Source of the DNA: Escherichia coli
GTDB lineage: Bacteria > Pseudomonadota > Gammaproteobacteria > Enterobacterales > Enterobacteriaceae
Length of the DNA stretch: 64,000 nt
Strand: one strand, 5' to 3'
Assembly (NCBI RefSeq): GCF_003334385.1
Contig: NZ_QOWN01000015.1
Below are positions 21,021-30,257 of this stretch, in pieces; position 1 is the first letter of the stretch, and every line of letters begins with the position of its first letter. Under the pieces are notes generated by a model, which did no database searches, was not told the origin of the DNA, and worked only from the letters and a program-made list of their open reading frames with translations. Made by a program: the position numbers and the translations under genes.

Positions 21021-23453
21021 TTACAGCATATGTTCAGTACGGGCGATGATATCGTCCTGAGCGTCTGGAGAGAGCGCGGTGAAGAACGCGGAATAGCCCG
21101 CGACACGCACTACCAGATCGCGATACTGATCGGGATGTTTTTTCGCATCCAGCAGCGTTTCGCGGGAAACGATGTTGTACTGAATATGCCAGCCTTTATG
21201 CACTTCAAAGAAGGTACGCAGCAGGATCATCAGTTTCTGCTTGTCAGATTCGTTCTCCAGCGTTGCCGGATTCAGTTTCTGGTTGAGCAACACGCCGCCG
21301 AGAATCGCTGCCGTAGGCAGTTTACCCACTGAGCCAATGACCGCAGTAGGGCCAAGATGGTCAGTACCGGAGGCCGGGCTTGCGCCTTCTGCCAGCGGGG
21401 TGTGGGCTTTACGCCCGTCCGGTGTTGCCATAGTCTGCGCGCCAAACGGTACGTTAGCGGAGATTGATGACGTACCCGCGTAATAGTTGCCGCCAACCGG
21501 ACCACGACCGTAGCGCGGATTATGGTACTGTTTCAGTTCGTCGATATAGGTCTGATAAGCGCGAGCCAGCAGCGTATCGACAGTATCATCGTCGTTGCCG
21601 TACTTCGGCGCACCGTTAATCAGCCGCTGACGCAGCTGCTCGTGAGTCAGGCCGTCGAAGTCATCTGCCAGTGCGGCAGCAAGCTGTTGCTGACCAATCG
21701 CACCTTGTTCAAACACCAGTTTCTTCACTGCCGCCAGGCTGTTGCCGAGGTTGGCAATGCCGACCTGCAGGCCAGAAACCCAGTCATATTTCGCGCCGCC
21801 TTGCTTGATACTTTTCGCTCGCTCAATACAGTCATCCACCAGCGCCGAGCAGAGAATATCGTGCACGTTCTCTTCCAGCATGGTGTCGACGACATATTCG
21901 ATTTCGATTGATTTGCGGGTGTAGTAACGGATTTGCGTATCCCACGCGTCCATCACTTCATCGAAGTTGTTGAAGTTACCTGCCGACAACGCTTTTTCTT
22001 GTGGCAGGAACACTTTGCCGCTGGTGGCATCATGCCCGCCTTCCAGCGCCGCCAGCATCACGCGGGCGAAGTTGATAAAGCTCATGCCGGTACAGCGATA
22101 GCCCCATTTGCCACCGACGGCGGTTTCTATACAACCAATCGCTGCGTAGTCATAAGCGTCCTGCGGTTCAATACCGAGTTTAATAAATTCCGGGATCACG
22201 ATTTCGTCGTTGTTGAACGCCGGCATCCCGAAGCCGCAACGGATCACCTGTACGCAGGCGTCGAGGAAATCGTTGCTCATTCCTGCATGGTAACGCACGC
22301 TGAGGTTAGGCTGAGTGGAACGCAGGCGACCGCAGGATTCGAGGATCGCGTAAGAGAGTGGATTCACCGCGTCCATTGGTTGACCATCAACCAGATTTTG
22401 CCCGCCAATAGTGACGTTCTGATACAGCGGACTTCCCGCAGAGGCTTTTGAGTGTGAGCCGGAGCGGATCTTGTTCACTTCCAGCAGTTTCAGCCAGCAG
22501 CTATGCAGCATCTCGATGGCGTGTTCGCGATCCAGCGTCTGGTTGAGTTCAACGTCGCGGCGATAGTACGGGTAGAGATACTGGTCCATACGACCAAACG
22601 ATACTGAGTGACCGTTAGATTCGATCTGCAAAATCAACTGGATGAAGTAACACAGTTGCAGCGCCTGCCAGAAAGTCTGCGGCGGCTGGTGGGCGATAAG
22701 ATCGCAGTTTTCTGCCATCGCCAGCAGTTCATCGCGACGGCTTTCGCGGGTTTCGGTCGCGGCCATTTCACGCGCCAGGGCAGCGAAACGTTCAATGTGT
22801 TCACTGACTGCCACCAGCACGATATCAATCGCTTTCAGGAATTGCTCACCGTGTAAATCTTCCAGCACCGTCAGGTTGATGCGCGAGCGACGTTCCGCTA
22901 CTTTCTCGCGCAGACCATCAAGCCCTTTTTCCAGCAGCAGCGGGAAATTCACCGCCAGGTGCGCATCGCCGGAGGTCATATTGCCTTCCGCTTTAATGAT
23001 TCCGGTCGCCAGCAGACCTTTTTGCTCATCGGTAAACATGCCGTAGCAGCGATCCTGTACGGTCTGACCGCGCCACCACGGGCACACTTCATGCAGAACG
23101 CGTTTGTTCTCTTCGCTCACCGCAAAGCCAGCACCGGGACGATCTGCCAGATCATCAATCTCTTTTTCGATCCACGAGACAGTATATTCCGGGAAGATCG
23201 GCGCGGCGCGAACTTCGCTTGCCTGGTTGCCAATGATCAACTCATCGTGTTTGATCCAGATGGTGCGATTCGCCAGGTGATGCGCCAGTGCCAGCGCGCG
23301 ACGTACCGGGATCGGCTTATCGAGATGTTGTTGATACATCTCGGTATAGTGCTGCGCGCGCTCGGTACAGACTGGCGGTTTCACAATATGCACCAGCGCA
23401 TTTTTGTGCGCTTTAATGCGGTCGCTGAGCGTGTCCAGTTTCAGTGTGGTCAT
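21021..23453 (-). CDS. ybiW: Glycyl-radical enzyme YbiW (PFL-like fold; active-site loop GCIE of the eliminase type)
   Basis: 810-aa ORF; C-terminal glycyl radical motif RVAGYSA; single catalytic Cys followed by Glu (AAIGCIETAVGG) rather than adjacent Cys-Cys. Confidence 0.9.
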   Translation of the reverse strand: MTTLKLDTLSDRIKAHKNALVHIVKPPVCTERAQHYTEMYQQHLDKPIPVRRALALAHHLANRTIWIKHDELIIGNQASEVRAAPIFPEYTVSWIEKEIDDLADRPGAGFAVSEENKRVLHEVCPWWRGQTVQDRCYGMFTDEQKGLLATGIIKAEGNMTSGDAHLAVNFPLLLEKGLDGLREKVAERRSRINLTVLEDLHGEQFLKAIDIVLVAVSEHIERFAALAREMAATETRESRRDELLAMAENCDLIAHQPPQTFWQALQLCYFIQLILQIESNGHSVSFGRMDQYLYPYYRRDVELNQTLDREHAIEMLHSCWLKLLEVNKIRSGSHSKASAGSPLYQNVTIGGQNLVDGQPMDAVNPLSYAILESCGRLRSTQPNLSVRYHAGMSNDFLDACVQVIRCGFGMPAFNNDEIVIPEFIKLGIEPQDAYDYAAIGCIETAVGGKWGYRCTGMSFINFARVMLAALEGGHDATSGKVFLPQEKALSAGNFNNFDEVMDAWDTQIRYYTRKSIEIEYVVDTMLEENVHDILCSALVDDCIERAKSIKQGGAKYDWVSGLQVGIANLGNSLAAVKKLVFEQGAIGQQQLAAALADDFDGLTHEQLRQRLINGAPKYGNDDDTVDTLLARAYQTYIDELKQYHNPRYGRGPVGGNYYAGTSSISANVPFGAQTMATPDGRKAHTPLAEGASPASGTDHLGPTAVIGSVGKLPTAAILGGVLLNQKLNPATLENESDKQKLMILLRTFFEVHKGWHIQYNIVSRETLLDAKKHPDQYRDLVVRVAGYSAFFTALSPDAQDDIIARTEHML

Positions 23454-23458
23454 GGTTG

Positions 23459-24358
23459 TTATCCTCGTAAGGTCGCGGTTAACCCTTTCTGGCAGGCATA
23501 CTGCTGGGCAAAGTCGAGCAGTTCTGGCGCATCAAGCGGTTTTTCCGGGGCGTCATAGGGCAGATTAAGTAAGTGATATTTGTTGATGCCCAGCGTGTGG
23601 TAGGGCAGAAAATGAATTTCGCCAACGTGCAGCTCGTCGGCGGCAAAATCGGTAATGGCTTTTACAGAGGTTTCGTCGGCATTAAAGCCCTGAATCAGCG
23701 GCACGCGGATAATGATTTTTTTGCCCGCTGCGGCGAGTTTTTTCAGGTTATCCAGCACTCTGGCGGCGTTACCGTCGGTCCACTGTTTAAACGGCGCGTC
23801 GGCAACGTGTTTTAAATCGGCAAGAAACAGATCGATATAGGGCAGAGAAGGGGCGATATATTTCCACGGCACATGCAGACAGGTTTCTACCGCAGTATGA
23901 ATGCCTGCCTCGTGGCTGGCTTGCAGTAGCGCCATCGCCATTTCCGGCTGCATAAAGGGCTCACCACCCGAAAGCGTTAAACCGCCGCCGCTGCGATCGT
24001 AAAACGGTTTATCGCGCAGAACGGTCGTCATGATCTCCTCAACGCTTTTCACTTCACCACACACGGTTAATGCCTGTGTCGGACAGCAGTCGGTTAACGC
24101 CGTCAGATGCTCCGGGGTTAACTTTTCCCGATGAATAAGCAAACCATTCAGCGCGCGCTCAATCACTTCCGGCGCGGCCTTAGCGCACAGCTCGCAGCCT
24201 TCCAGACACAGTCGTGCGTCATACAGCAGATCCTGCGTGCGGGCGCGGCTTTCCGGGTTCTGACACCAGCGGCAGCCCAGCGAACAGCCTTTAAGAAATA
24301 CGACCGTGCGGATACCGGGGCCATCATGGGTCGAGTAGCGCTGAATATTGAAAATCAT
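23459..24358 (-). CDS. ybiY: Glycyl-radical enzyme activating enzyme YbiY (radical SAM)
   Basis: Start chosen at [36 protein letters not shown] (CX3CX2C radical-SAM motif) within ORF 23459..24385; additional Cys-rich ferredoxin-like insert. Confidence 0.85.
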
Positions 24359-24393
24359 AGTTGCCTCTCTATTTCGTTCAAGCATTAAAATAC

Positions 24394-24407
24394 TTTCGAA
24401 TGAAAGT
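24394..24407 (+). promoter_or_regulatory. Copy C of exact 14-bp motif TTTCGAATGAAAGT in ybiY/fsaA divergent region
   Basis: 35 nt upstream of ybiY ATG and 81 nt upstream of fsaA ATG; flanked by 6-bp inverted repeat arms ACTTTC/GAAAGT. Confidence 0.5.
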
Positions 24408-24411
24408 TAGA

Positions 24412-24425
24412 TTGATGTGCGTCAA
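24412..24425. promoter_or_regulatory. FNR-like box TTGATGTGCGTCAA upstream of ybiY
   Basis: Matches FNR consensus TTGAT-N4-ATCAA with one mismatch; centred about 60 nt upstream of ybiY ATG. Confidence 0.45.
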
Positions 24426-24488
24426 CTGTTCAGAGAGTTTTCCCGTGATAGTCTACATTCAGACAAAAAGTACATTTTGAGGATGGTT

Positions 24489-25151
24489 ATGGAACTGTAT
24501 CTGGATACTTCAGACGTTGTTGCGGTGAAGGCGCTGTCACGTATTTTTCCGCTGGCGGGTGTGACCACTAACCCAAGCATTATCGCCGCGGGTAAAAAAC
24601 CGCTGGATGTTGTGCTTCCGCAACTTCATGAAGCGATGGGCGGTCAGGGGCGTCTGTTTGCCCAGGTAATGGCTACCACTGCCGAAGGGATGGTTAATGA
24701 CGCGCTTAAGCTGCGTTCTATTATTGCGGATATCGTGGTGAAAGTTCCGGTGACCGCCGAGGGGCTGGCAGCTATTAAGATGTTAAAAGCGGAAGGGATT
24801 CCGACGCTGGGAACCGCGGTATATGGCGCAGCACAAGGGCTGCTGTCGGCGCTGGCAGGTGCGGAATATGTTGCGCCTTACGTTAATCGTATTGATGCTC
24901 AGGGCGGTAGCGGCATTCAGACTGTGACCGACTTACACCAGTTATTGAAAATGCATGCGCCGCAGGCGAAAGTGCTGGCAGCGAGTTTCAAAACCCCGCG
25001 TCAGGCGCTGGACTGCTTACTGGCAGGATGTGAATCAATTACTCTGCCACTGGATGTGGCACAACAGATGATTAGCTATCCGGCGGTTGATGCCGCTGTG
25101 GCGAAGTTTGAGCAGGACTGGCAGGGAGCGTTTGGCAGAACGTCGATTTAA
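24489..25151 (+). CDS. fsaA: Fructose-6-phosphate aldolase 1 (transaldolase-like)
   Basis: 220-aa product [31 protein letters not shown]... inside ORF 24417..25151. Confidence 0.9.
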   Translation: MELYLDTSDVVAVKALSRIFPLAGVTTNPSIIAAGKKPLDVVLPQLHEAMGGQGRLFAQVMATTAEGMVNDALKLRSIIADIVVKVPVTAEGLAAIKMLKAEGIPTLGTAVYGAAQGLLSALAGAEYVAPYVNRIDAQGGSGIQTVTDLHQLLKMHAPQAKVLAASFKTPRQALDCLLAGCESITLPLDVAQQMISYPAVDAAVAKFEQDWQGAFGRTSI

Positions 25152-25226
25152 CCGGACGTTCTGCATCCTCATAAATTGCTGATGACGTGGCGGAGTGCCG
25201 CGTCTTATCAGGCCTGGAGGTGGCAA

Positions 25227-25976
25227 TTACTGCCCACACACCTCACACCCCGGATTACGCATCAGTTTCATTTCGCGAAACTGACAGGTCATCGCATCGT
25301 ACATGACGATTTTCCCGCTGGCCGGTTTGCCATAACCTGCCAGCATTTTGATCGCTTCCATTGCCTGCAACGAACCAATTACGCCGATCAACGGTGCCAT
25401 TACGCCTGCTTCCACGCAGGTTAATGCATTTTCACCAAACAAACGGCTAAGGCAGCGATAGCACGGTTCACCGTCCTGATAAGTAAAGACGGTGATTTGA
25501 CCTTCCATACGAATTGCCGCGCCGGAAACCAGCGGTACCTTCGCGGCAAAACAGCCTGCGTTCAGTTGATTACGTACCGCAACGTTATCCGTACAGTCGA
25601 GCACCAGATCGTGTTCAGCAATCAATGCTGCAAGTTCTGCGTCATCCAGCAGTGCATTGACTGGCGTAATCGCGATATGTGGGTTGATCCGCGTCAGGGC
25701 GTCACGGGCGGATTCCACCTTCGGTTGCCCGACCGTGGCATCACTGTGCAGTGTCTGGCGTTGCAGATTCGAGAGCGAAACCGTGTCGAAGTCGAGCAGC
25801 GTCAGGTTACCGACACCGGCGCTTGCCAGATACTGCGAGGCTGCACAGCCGAGGCCGCCCAGGCCCACTATCAGCACGCGAGAATCTTTCAGCGCCTCCT
25901 GGCCGTCAAAATCAAAGCCGCGCAGAATGATTTGCCGGTTGTAGCGCAGCATCTCCTGATCGCTGAGTTCCGCCAT
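25227..25976 (-). CDS. moeB: Molybdopterin-synthase adenylyltransferase MoeB
   Basis: 249-aa ThiF/MoeB family ORF with GLGGLG nucleotide-binding motif and C-terminal CXXC pairs. Confidence 0.95.
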   Translation of the reverse strand: MAELSDQEMLRYNRQIILRGFDFDGQEALKDSRVLIVGLGGLGCAASQYLASAGVGNLTLLDFDTVSLSNLQRQTLHSDATVGQPKVESARDALTRINPHIAITPVNALLDDAELAALIAEHDLVLDCTDNVAVRNQLNAGCFAAKVPLVSGAAIRMEGQITVFTYQDGEPCYRCLSRLFGENALTCVEAGVMAPLIGVIGSLQAMEAIKMLAGYGKPASGKIVMYDAMTCQFREMKLMRNPGCEVCGQ

Positions 25977-27211
25977 TACAGGCCTCCGAACAACGCGTTA
26001 AACGGTTCTACTTCCACCCATTCGCCCACTTCCACATTGCCGCGATCGCGTTCCAGCACGATAAAGCAGTTGCCGAGGCTAAAGGAGCTAAATATATGTG
26101 AACCCTGATGTCCGGTGGTCGTCACTTCCAGTTCGCCATCGGCGTTGCGTTGCAGCACGCCGCGCTGGAAATCAAGACGTCCTGGCGTTTTTTTCAGGCG
26201 GGACGCTGTGCGTACGCGCTGGCGCGCGGGCAGGCCGCTGGCGGTGTTACCGCTTAGTTTTGCCAGCAAAGGCTGTACCAGTTGATAGAAGGTCAGCGTC
26301 GCTGAAACCGGGTTGCCCGGCAGGCCGCAGAACCAGCTATTGCTGAGTTTACCGAACGCGAACGGTTTACCTGGTTTAATCGCCAGCTTCCAGAAGGCGA
26401 TCTCCCCCAGCTCTTCAAGAATCGTTTTGGTGTAATCCGCCTCACCCACTGAAACACCGCCGGAACTGATCACCACATCCGCCTGGCTGTCGGCTTCAAT
26501 AAATGCGGCGCGCAGGGCATGGGGATCGTCGCGGATAATCCCTAAGTTAATTACCTCGCATCCCAACTGTTCTAACATCAGGTGTACGGCGAGACGGTTG
26601 GTATCGTAGATTTGGCCGTCGCCCAGCGGCTGACCGGGCAACTGGAGTTCATCACCGGTAGAAAAAAGCGCTACACGCACTTTACGAATCACCGGAACTT
26701 CGGCAATCCCCAGTGAAGCAATTACTGGCAGCTCTGCGGTAGTCAGGCGAGTTCCCGCCGGGAAAACAACCGCACCTGCAGAGATATCTTCACCGCGACG
26801 GCGAATATTTTGCCCGCTACGCACTTCAGCAGTAAAACGCACGCCATTGTCCATTTGTTCAGTCTGCTCCTGCATCACCACCGCTTCGCAGCCTTCCGGC
26901 ACCGGCGCACCGGTCATAATACGAATGCAGGTACCCGCAGGCCATTCACCATGGTATGGCTGACCGGCAAAGGATTTACCGGCAACGGGCAGCGGTTGCC
27001 CGGAGGCAATATCGGCTAAACGCACCGCGTAGCCGTCCATTGCGGAGTTATCAAACCCCGGAACATCAAGCGGCGAAACGACATCGCTCGCCAGAATACG
27101 ACCAAAACACTGTACCAGTGGCAGCGTTTCCTGGGCGGTCAGTGGGGTGACGCGAGAAAGCATCTCATTAAGCGCGGTGTCGAGCGACATCAATCCGGTG
27201 GTAAATTCCAT
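25976..27211 (-). CDS. moeA: Molybdopterin molybdenumtransferase MoeA
   Basis: 411-aa MoeA family ORF; 1-nt overlap with moeB. Confidence 0.95.
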   Translation of the reverse strand: MEFTTGLMSLDTALNEMLSRVTPLTAQETLPLVQCFGRILASDVVSPLDVPGFDNSAMDGYAVRLADIASGQPLPVAGKSFAGQPYHGEWPAGTCIRIMTGAPVPEGCEAVVMQEQTEQMDNGVRFTAEVRSGQNIRRRGEDISAGAVVFPAGTRLTTAELPVIASLGIAEVPVIRKVRVALFSTGDELQLPGQPLGDGQIYDTNRLAVHLMLEQLGCEVINLGIIRDDPHALRAAFIEADSQADVVISSGGVSVGEADYTKTILEELGEIAFWKLAIKPGKPFAFGKLSNSWFCGLPGNPVSATLTFYQLVQPLLAKLSGNTASGLPARQRVRTASRLKKTPGRLDFQRGVLQRNADGELEVTTTGHQGSHIFSSFSLGNCFIVLERDRGNVEVGEWVEVEPFNALFGGL

Positions 27212-27333
27212 GAAAACACTCCTGCGGAGGCAAAATCGAATTTGCCTATTATGTCAGAAAAACGCCACAGACTGTATGCCACCTCGGGCGTAGCGCTGGG
27301 TCCTGCCTTTACATGCCATATCCATCTTTCTAT

Positions 27334-27360
27334 ATTCAAAAATTGAATGAGTAATTCATA
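27334..27360. promoter_or_regulatory. Overlapping palindromes ATTCAAAAATTGAAT / TGAATGAGTAATTCA in moeA/iaaA divergent region
   Basis: Perfect 6-bp inverted repeats ATTCAA/TTGAAT (3-nt spacer) overlapping TGAAT/ATTCA (5-nt spacer), about 55-80 nt upstream of iaaA ATG; no regulator assigned. Confidence 0.3.
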
Positions 27361-27414
27361 AAAATTCTGATATTTATAGCAAAAGTGGCGAACCACCCTT
27401 AATGGACGAATACT

Positions 27415-28380
27415 ATGGGCAAAGCAGTCATTGCAATTCATGGTGGCGCAGGTGCAATTAGCCGCGCGCAGATGAGTCTGCAACAGGAATTACGCTACAT
27501 CGAGGCGTTGTCTGCCATTGTTGAAACCGGGCAGAAAATGCTGGAAGCGGGCGAAAGTGCGCTGGATGTGGTGACGGAAGCGGTGCGTCTGCTGGAAGAG
27601 TGTCCACTGTTTAACGCCGGAATTGGCGCTGTCTTTACGCGTGATGAAACCCATGAACTGGACGCCTGTGTGATGGATGGTAACACCCTGAAAGCCGGTG
27701 CGGTGGCGGGCGTTAGTCATCTGCGTAATCCGGTTCTTGCCGCCCGGCTGGTGATGGAGCAAAGCCCGCATGTGATGATGATTGGCGAAGGGGCAGAAAA
27801 TTTTGCGTTTGCTCGTGGCATGGAGCGCGTCTCGCCGGAGATTTTCTCCACGCCTTTGCGTTATGAACAACTACTGGCAGCGCGCAAGGAAGGGGCAACC
27901 GTCCTCGACCATAGCGGTGCGCCACTGGATGAAAAACAGAAAATGGGCACCGTGGGGGCCGTGGCGTTGGATTTAGACGGCAATTTGGCGGCAGCCACGT
28001 CCACAGGCGGAATGACCAATAAATTACCCGGACGAGTTGGCGATAGTCCCTTAGTGGGTGCCGGATGCTACGCCAATAACGCCAGTGTGGCGGTTTCTTG
28101 TACCGGCACGGGCGAAGTCTTCATCCGCGCGCTGGCGGCATATGACATCGCCGCGTTAATGGATTACGGCGGATTAAGTCTCGCGGAAGCCTGCGAGCGG
28201 GTAGTAATGGAAAAACTCCCTGCGCTTGGCGGTAGCGGTGGCTTAATCGCTATCGACCATGAAGGGAATGTCGCGCTACCGTTTAACACCGAAGGAATGT
28301 ATCGCGCCTGGGGCTACGCAGGCGATACGCCAACCACCGGTATCTACCGTGAAAAAGGGGACACCGTTGCCACACAGTGA
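27415..28380 (+). CDS. iaaA: Isoaspartyl dipeptidase / L-asparaginase-like Ntn hydrolase IaaA
   Basis: 321-aa ORF with GAVALD...GTVGAV autoproteolytic Thr region of plant-type asparaginases. Confidence 0.9.
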   Translation: MGKAVIAIHGGAGAISRAQMSLQQELRYIEALSAIVETGQKMLEAGESALDVVTEAVRLLEECPLFNAGIGAVFTRDETHELDACVMDGNTLKAGAVAGVSHLRNPVLAARLVMEQSPHVMMIGEGAENFAFARGMERVSPEIFSTPLRYEQLLAARKEGATVLDHSGAPLDEKQKMGTVGAVALDLDGNLAAATSTGGMTNKLPGRVGDSPLVGAGCYANNASVAVSCTGTGEVFIRALAAYDIAALMDYGGLSLAEACERVVMEKLPALGGSGGLIAIDHEGNVALPFNTEGMYRAWGYAGDTPTTGIYREKGDTVATQ

Positions 28381-30238
28381 TGAACTTGATGCCGGTAATG
28401 TGCTGGCGGTTGAAAATCTGAATATTGCCTTTATGCAGGACCAGCAGAAAATAGCTGCGGTCCGCAATCTCTCTTTTAGTCTGCAACGCGGTGAGACGCT
28501 GGCAATTGTTGGCGAATCCGGCTCCGGTAAGTCAGTGACTGCGTTGGCATTGATGCGCCTGTTGGAACAGGCGGGCGGTTTAGTACAGTGCGATAAAATG
28601 CTGTTGCAGCGGCGCAGTCGCGAAGTGATTGAACTTAGCGAGCAGAACGCTGCACAAATGCGCCATGTTCGCGGTGCGGATATGGCGATGATATTTCAGG
28701 AGCCGATGACATCGCTGAACCCGGTATTTACTGTGGGTGAACAGATTGCCGAATCAATTCGTCTGCATCAGAACGCCAGTCGTGAAGAAGCGATGGTCGA
28801 GGCGAAGCGGATGCTGGATCAGGTACGCATTCCTGAGGCACAAACCATTCTTTCACGTTATCCGCATCAACTCTCTGGCGGGATGCGCCAGCGAGTGATG
28901 ATTGCGATGGCGCTGTCATGCCGCCCGGCGGTGCTGATTGCCGATGAGCCAACCACCGCGCTGGATGTCACTATTCAGGCGCAGATCCTGCAATTAATCA
29001 AAGTATTGCAAAAAGAGATGTCGATGGGCGTTATCTTTATCACTCACGATATGGGCGTGGTGGCAGAGATTGCCGATCGGGTACTGGTGATGTATCAGGG
29101 CGAGGCGGTGGAAACGGGTACCGTCGAACAGATTTTTCATGCACCGCAACATCCTTACACCCGTGCGCTGTTAGCTGCTGTTCCGCAACTTGGTGCGATG
29201 AAAGGGTTAGATTATCCCCGACGTTTCCCGTTGATATCGCTTGAACATCCAGCGAAACAGGCCCCCCCCATCGAGCAGAAAACGGTGGTGGATGGCGAAC
29301 CTGTTTTACGAGTGCGTAATCTTGTCACCCGTTTCCCTTTGCGCAGCGGTTTGTTGAATCGCGTAACGCGGGAAGTGCATGCCGTTGAGAAAGTCAGTTT
29401 TGATCTCTGGCCTGGCGAAACGCTATCGCTGGTGGGCGAGTCTGGCAGCGGTAAATCCACTACCGGGCGGGCGTTGCTGCGCCTGGTCGAATCGCAGGGC
29501 GGCGAAATTATCTTTAACGGTCAGCGAATCGATACCTTGTCACCCGGCAAACTTCAGGCATTACGCCGGGATATTCAGTTTATTTTTCAGGACCCTTACG
29601 CTTCGCTGGACCCACGTCAGACCATCGGTGATTCGATTATCGAACCGCTGCGTGTACACGGTTTATTGCCAGGTAAAGACGCGGCTGCACGCGTTGCGTG
29701 GTTGCTGGAGCGCGTGGGCCTGTTACCTGAACATGCCTGGCGTTACCCGCATGAGTTTTCCGGCGGTCAGCGCCAGCGCATCTGCATTGCTCGCGCGTTG
29801 GCATTGAATCCAAAAGTGATCATTGCCGACGAAGCCGTTTCGGCGCTGGATGTTTCTATTCGCGGGCAGATTATCAACTTGTTGCTCGATCTCCAGCGTG
29901 ATTTCGGCATTGCGTATCTGTTTATCTCCCACGATATGGCGGTGGTAGAGCGGATTAGTCATCGTGTGGCGGTGATGTATCTCGGGCAAATTGTTGAAAT
30001 TGGTCCACGGCGCGCGGTCTTCGAAAACCCGCAGCATCCTTATACGCGTAAATTACTGGCGGCAGTTCCGGTCGCTGAACCGTCCCGACAACGACCGCAG
30101 CGTGTACTGCTGTCGGACGATCTTCCCAGCAATATTCATCTGCGTGGCGAAGAGGTGGCAGCCGTCTCGTTGCAATGCGTCGGGCCGGGGCATTACGTCG
30201 CACAACCACAATCAGAATACGCATTCATGCGTAGATAA
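28367..30238 (+). CDS. gsiA: Glutathione ABC importer ATP-binding protein GsiA (two fused ABC domains)
   Basis: Start assigned to TTG at 28367 (product begins MPHSDELD, 623 aa) within ORF 28259..30238; two Walker A and two LSGG signatures; overlaps iaaA 3' end by 14 nt. Confidence 0.82.
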   Translation: MPHSDELDAGNVLAVENLNIAFMQDQQKIAAVRNLSFSLQRGETLAIVGESGSGKSVTALALMRLLEQAGGLVQCDKMLLQRRSREVIELSEQNAAQMRHVRGADMAMIFQEPMTSLNPVFTVGEQIAESIRLHQNASREEAMVEAKRMLDQVRIPEAQTILSRYPHQLSGGMRQRVMIAMALSCRPAVLIADEPTTALDVTIQAQILQLIKVLQKEMSMGVIFITHDMGVVAEIADRVLVMYQGEAVETGTVEQIFHAPQHPYTRALLAAVPQLGAMKGLDYPRRFPLISLEHPAKQAPPIEQKTVVDGEPVLRVRNLVTRFPLRSGLLNRVTREVHAVEKVSFDLWPGETLSLVGESGSGKSTTGRALLRLVESQGGEIIFNGQRIDTLSPGKLQALRRDIQFIFQDPYASLDPRQTIGDSIIEPLRVHGLLPGKDAAARVAWLLERVGLLPEHAWRYPHEFSGGQRQRICIARALALNPKVIIADEAVSALDVSIRGQIINLLLDLQRDFGIAYLFISHDMAVVERISHRVAVMYLGQIVEIGPRRAVFENPQHPYTRKLLAAVPVAEPSRQRPQRVLLSDDLPSNIHLRGEEVAAVSLQCVGPGHYVAQPQSEYAFMRR

Positions 30239-30257
30239 CATTCAGGCGGAGAATAAA

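Noticed and set aside
27212-27414. Molybdenum-cofactor riboswitch upstream of moeA
   Set aside because: The Moco RNA motif I know of is associated with moaA, not moeA; I see no extended conserved stem structure here, only the short palindromes reported as a finding.
29991-30257. N-terminal extensions in the ORF track (e.g. gsiB 601 aa, potG 404 aa, pdeI 808 aa, potF 420 aa)
   Set aside because: These are upstream in-frame read-throughs into the preceding gene or intergenic DNA; internal start codons giving the recognised N-termini and signal peptides were used instead.
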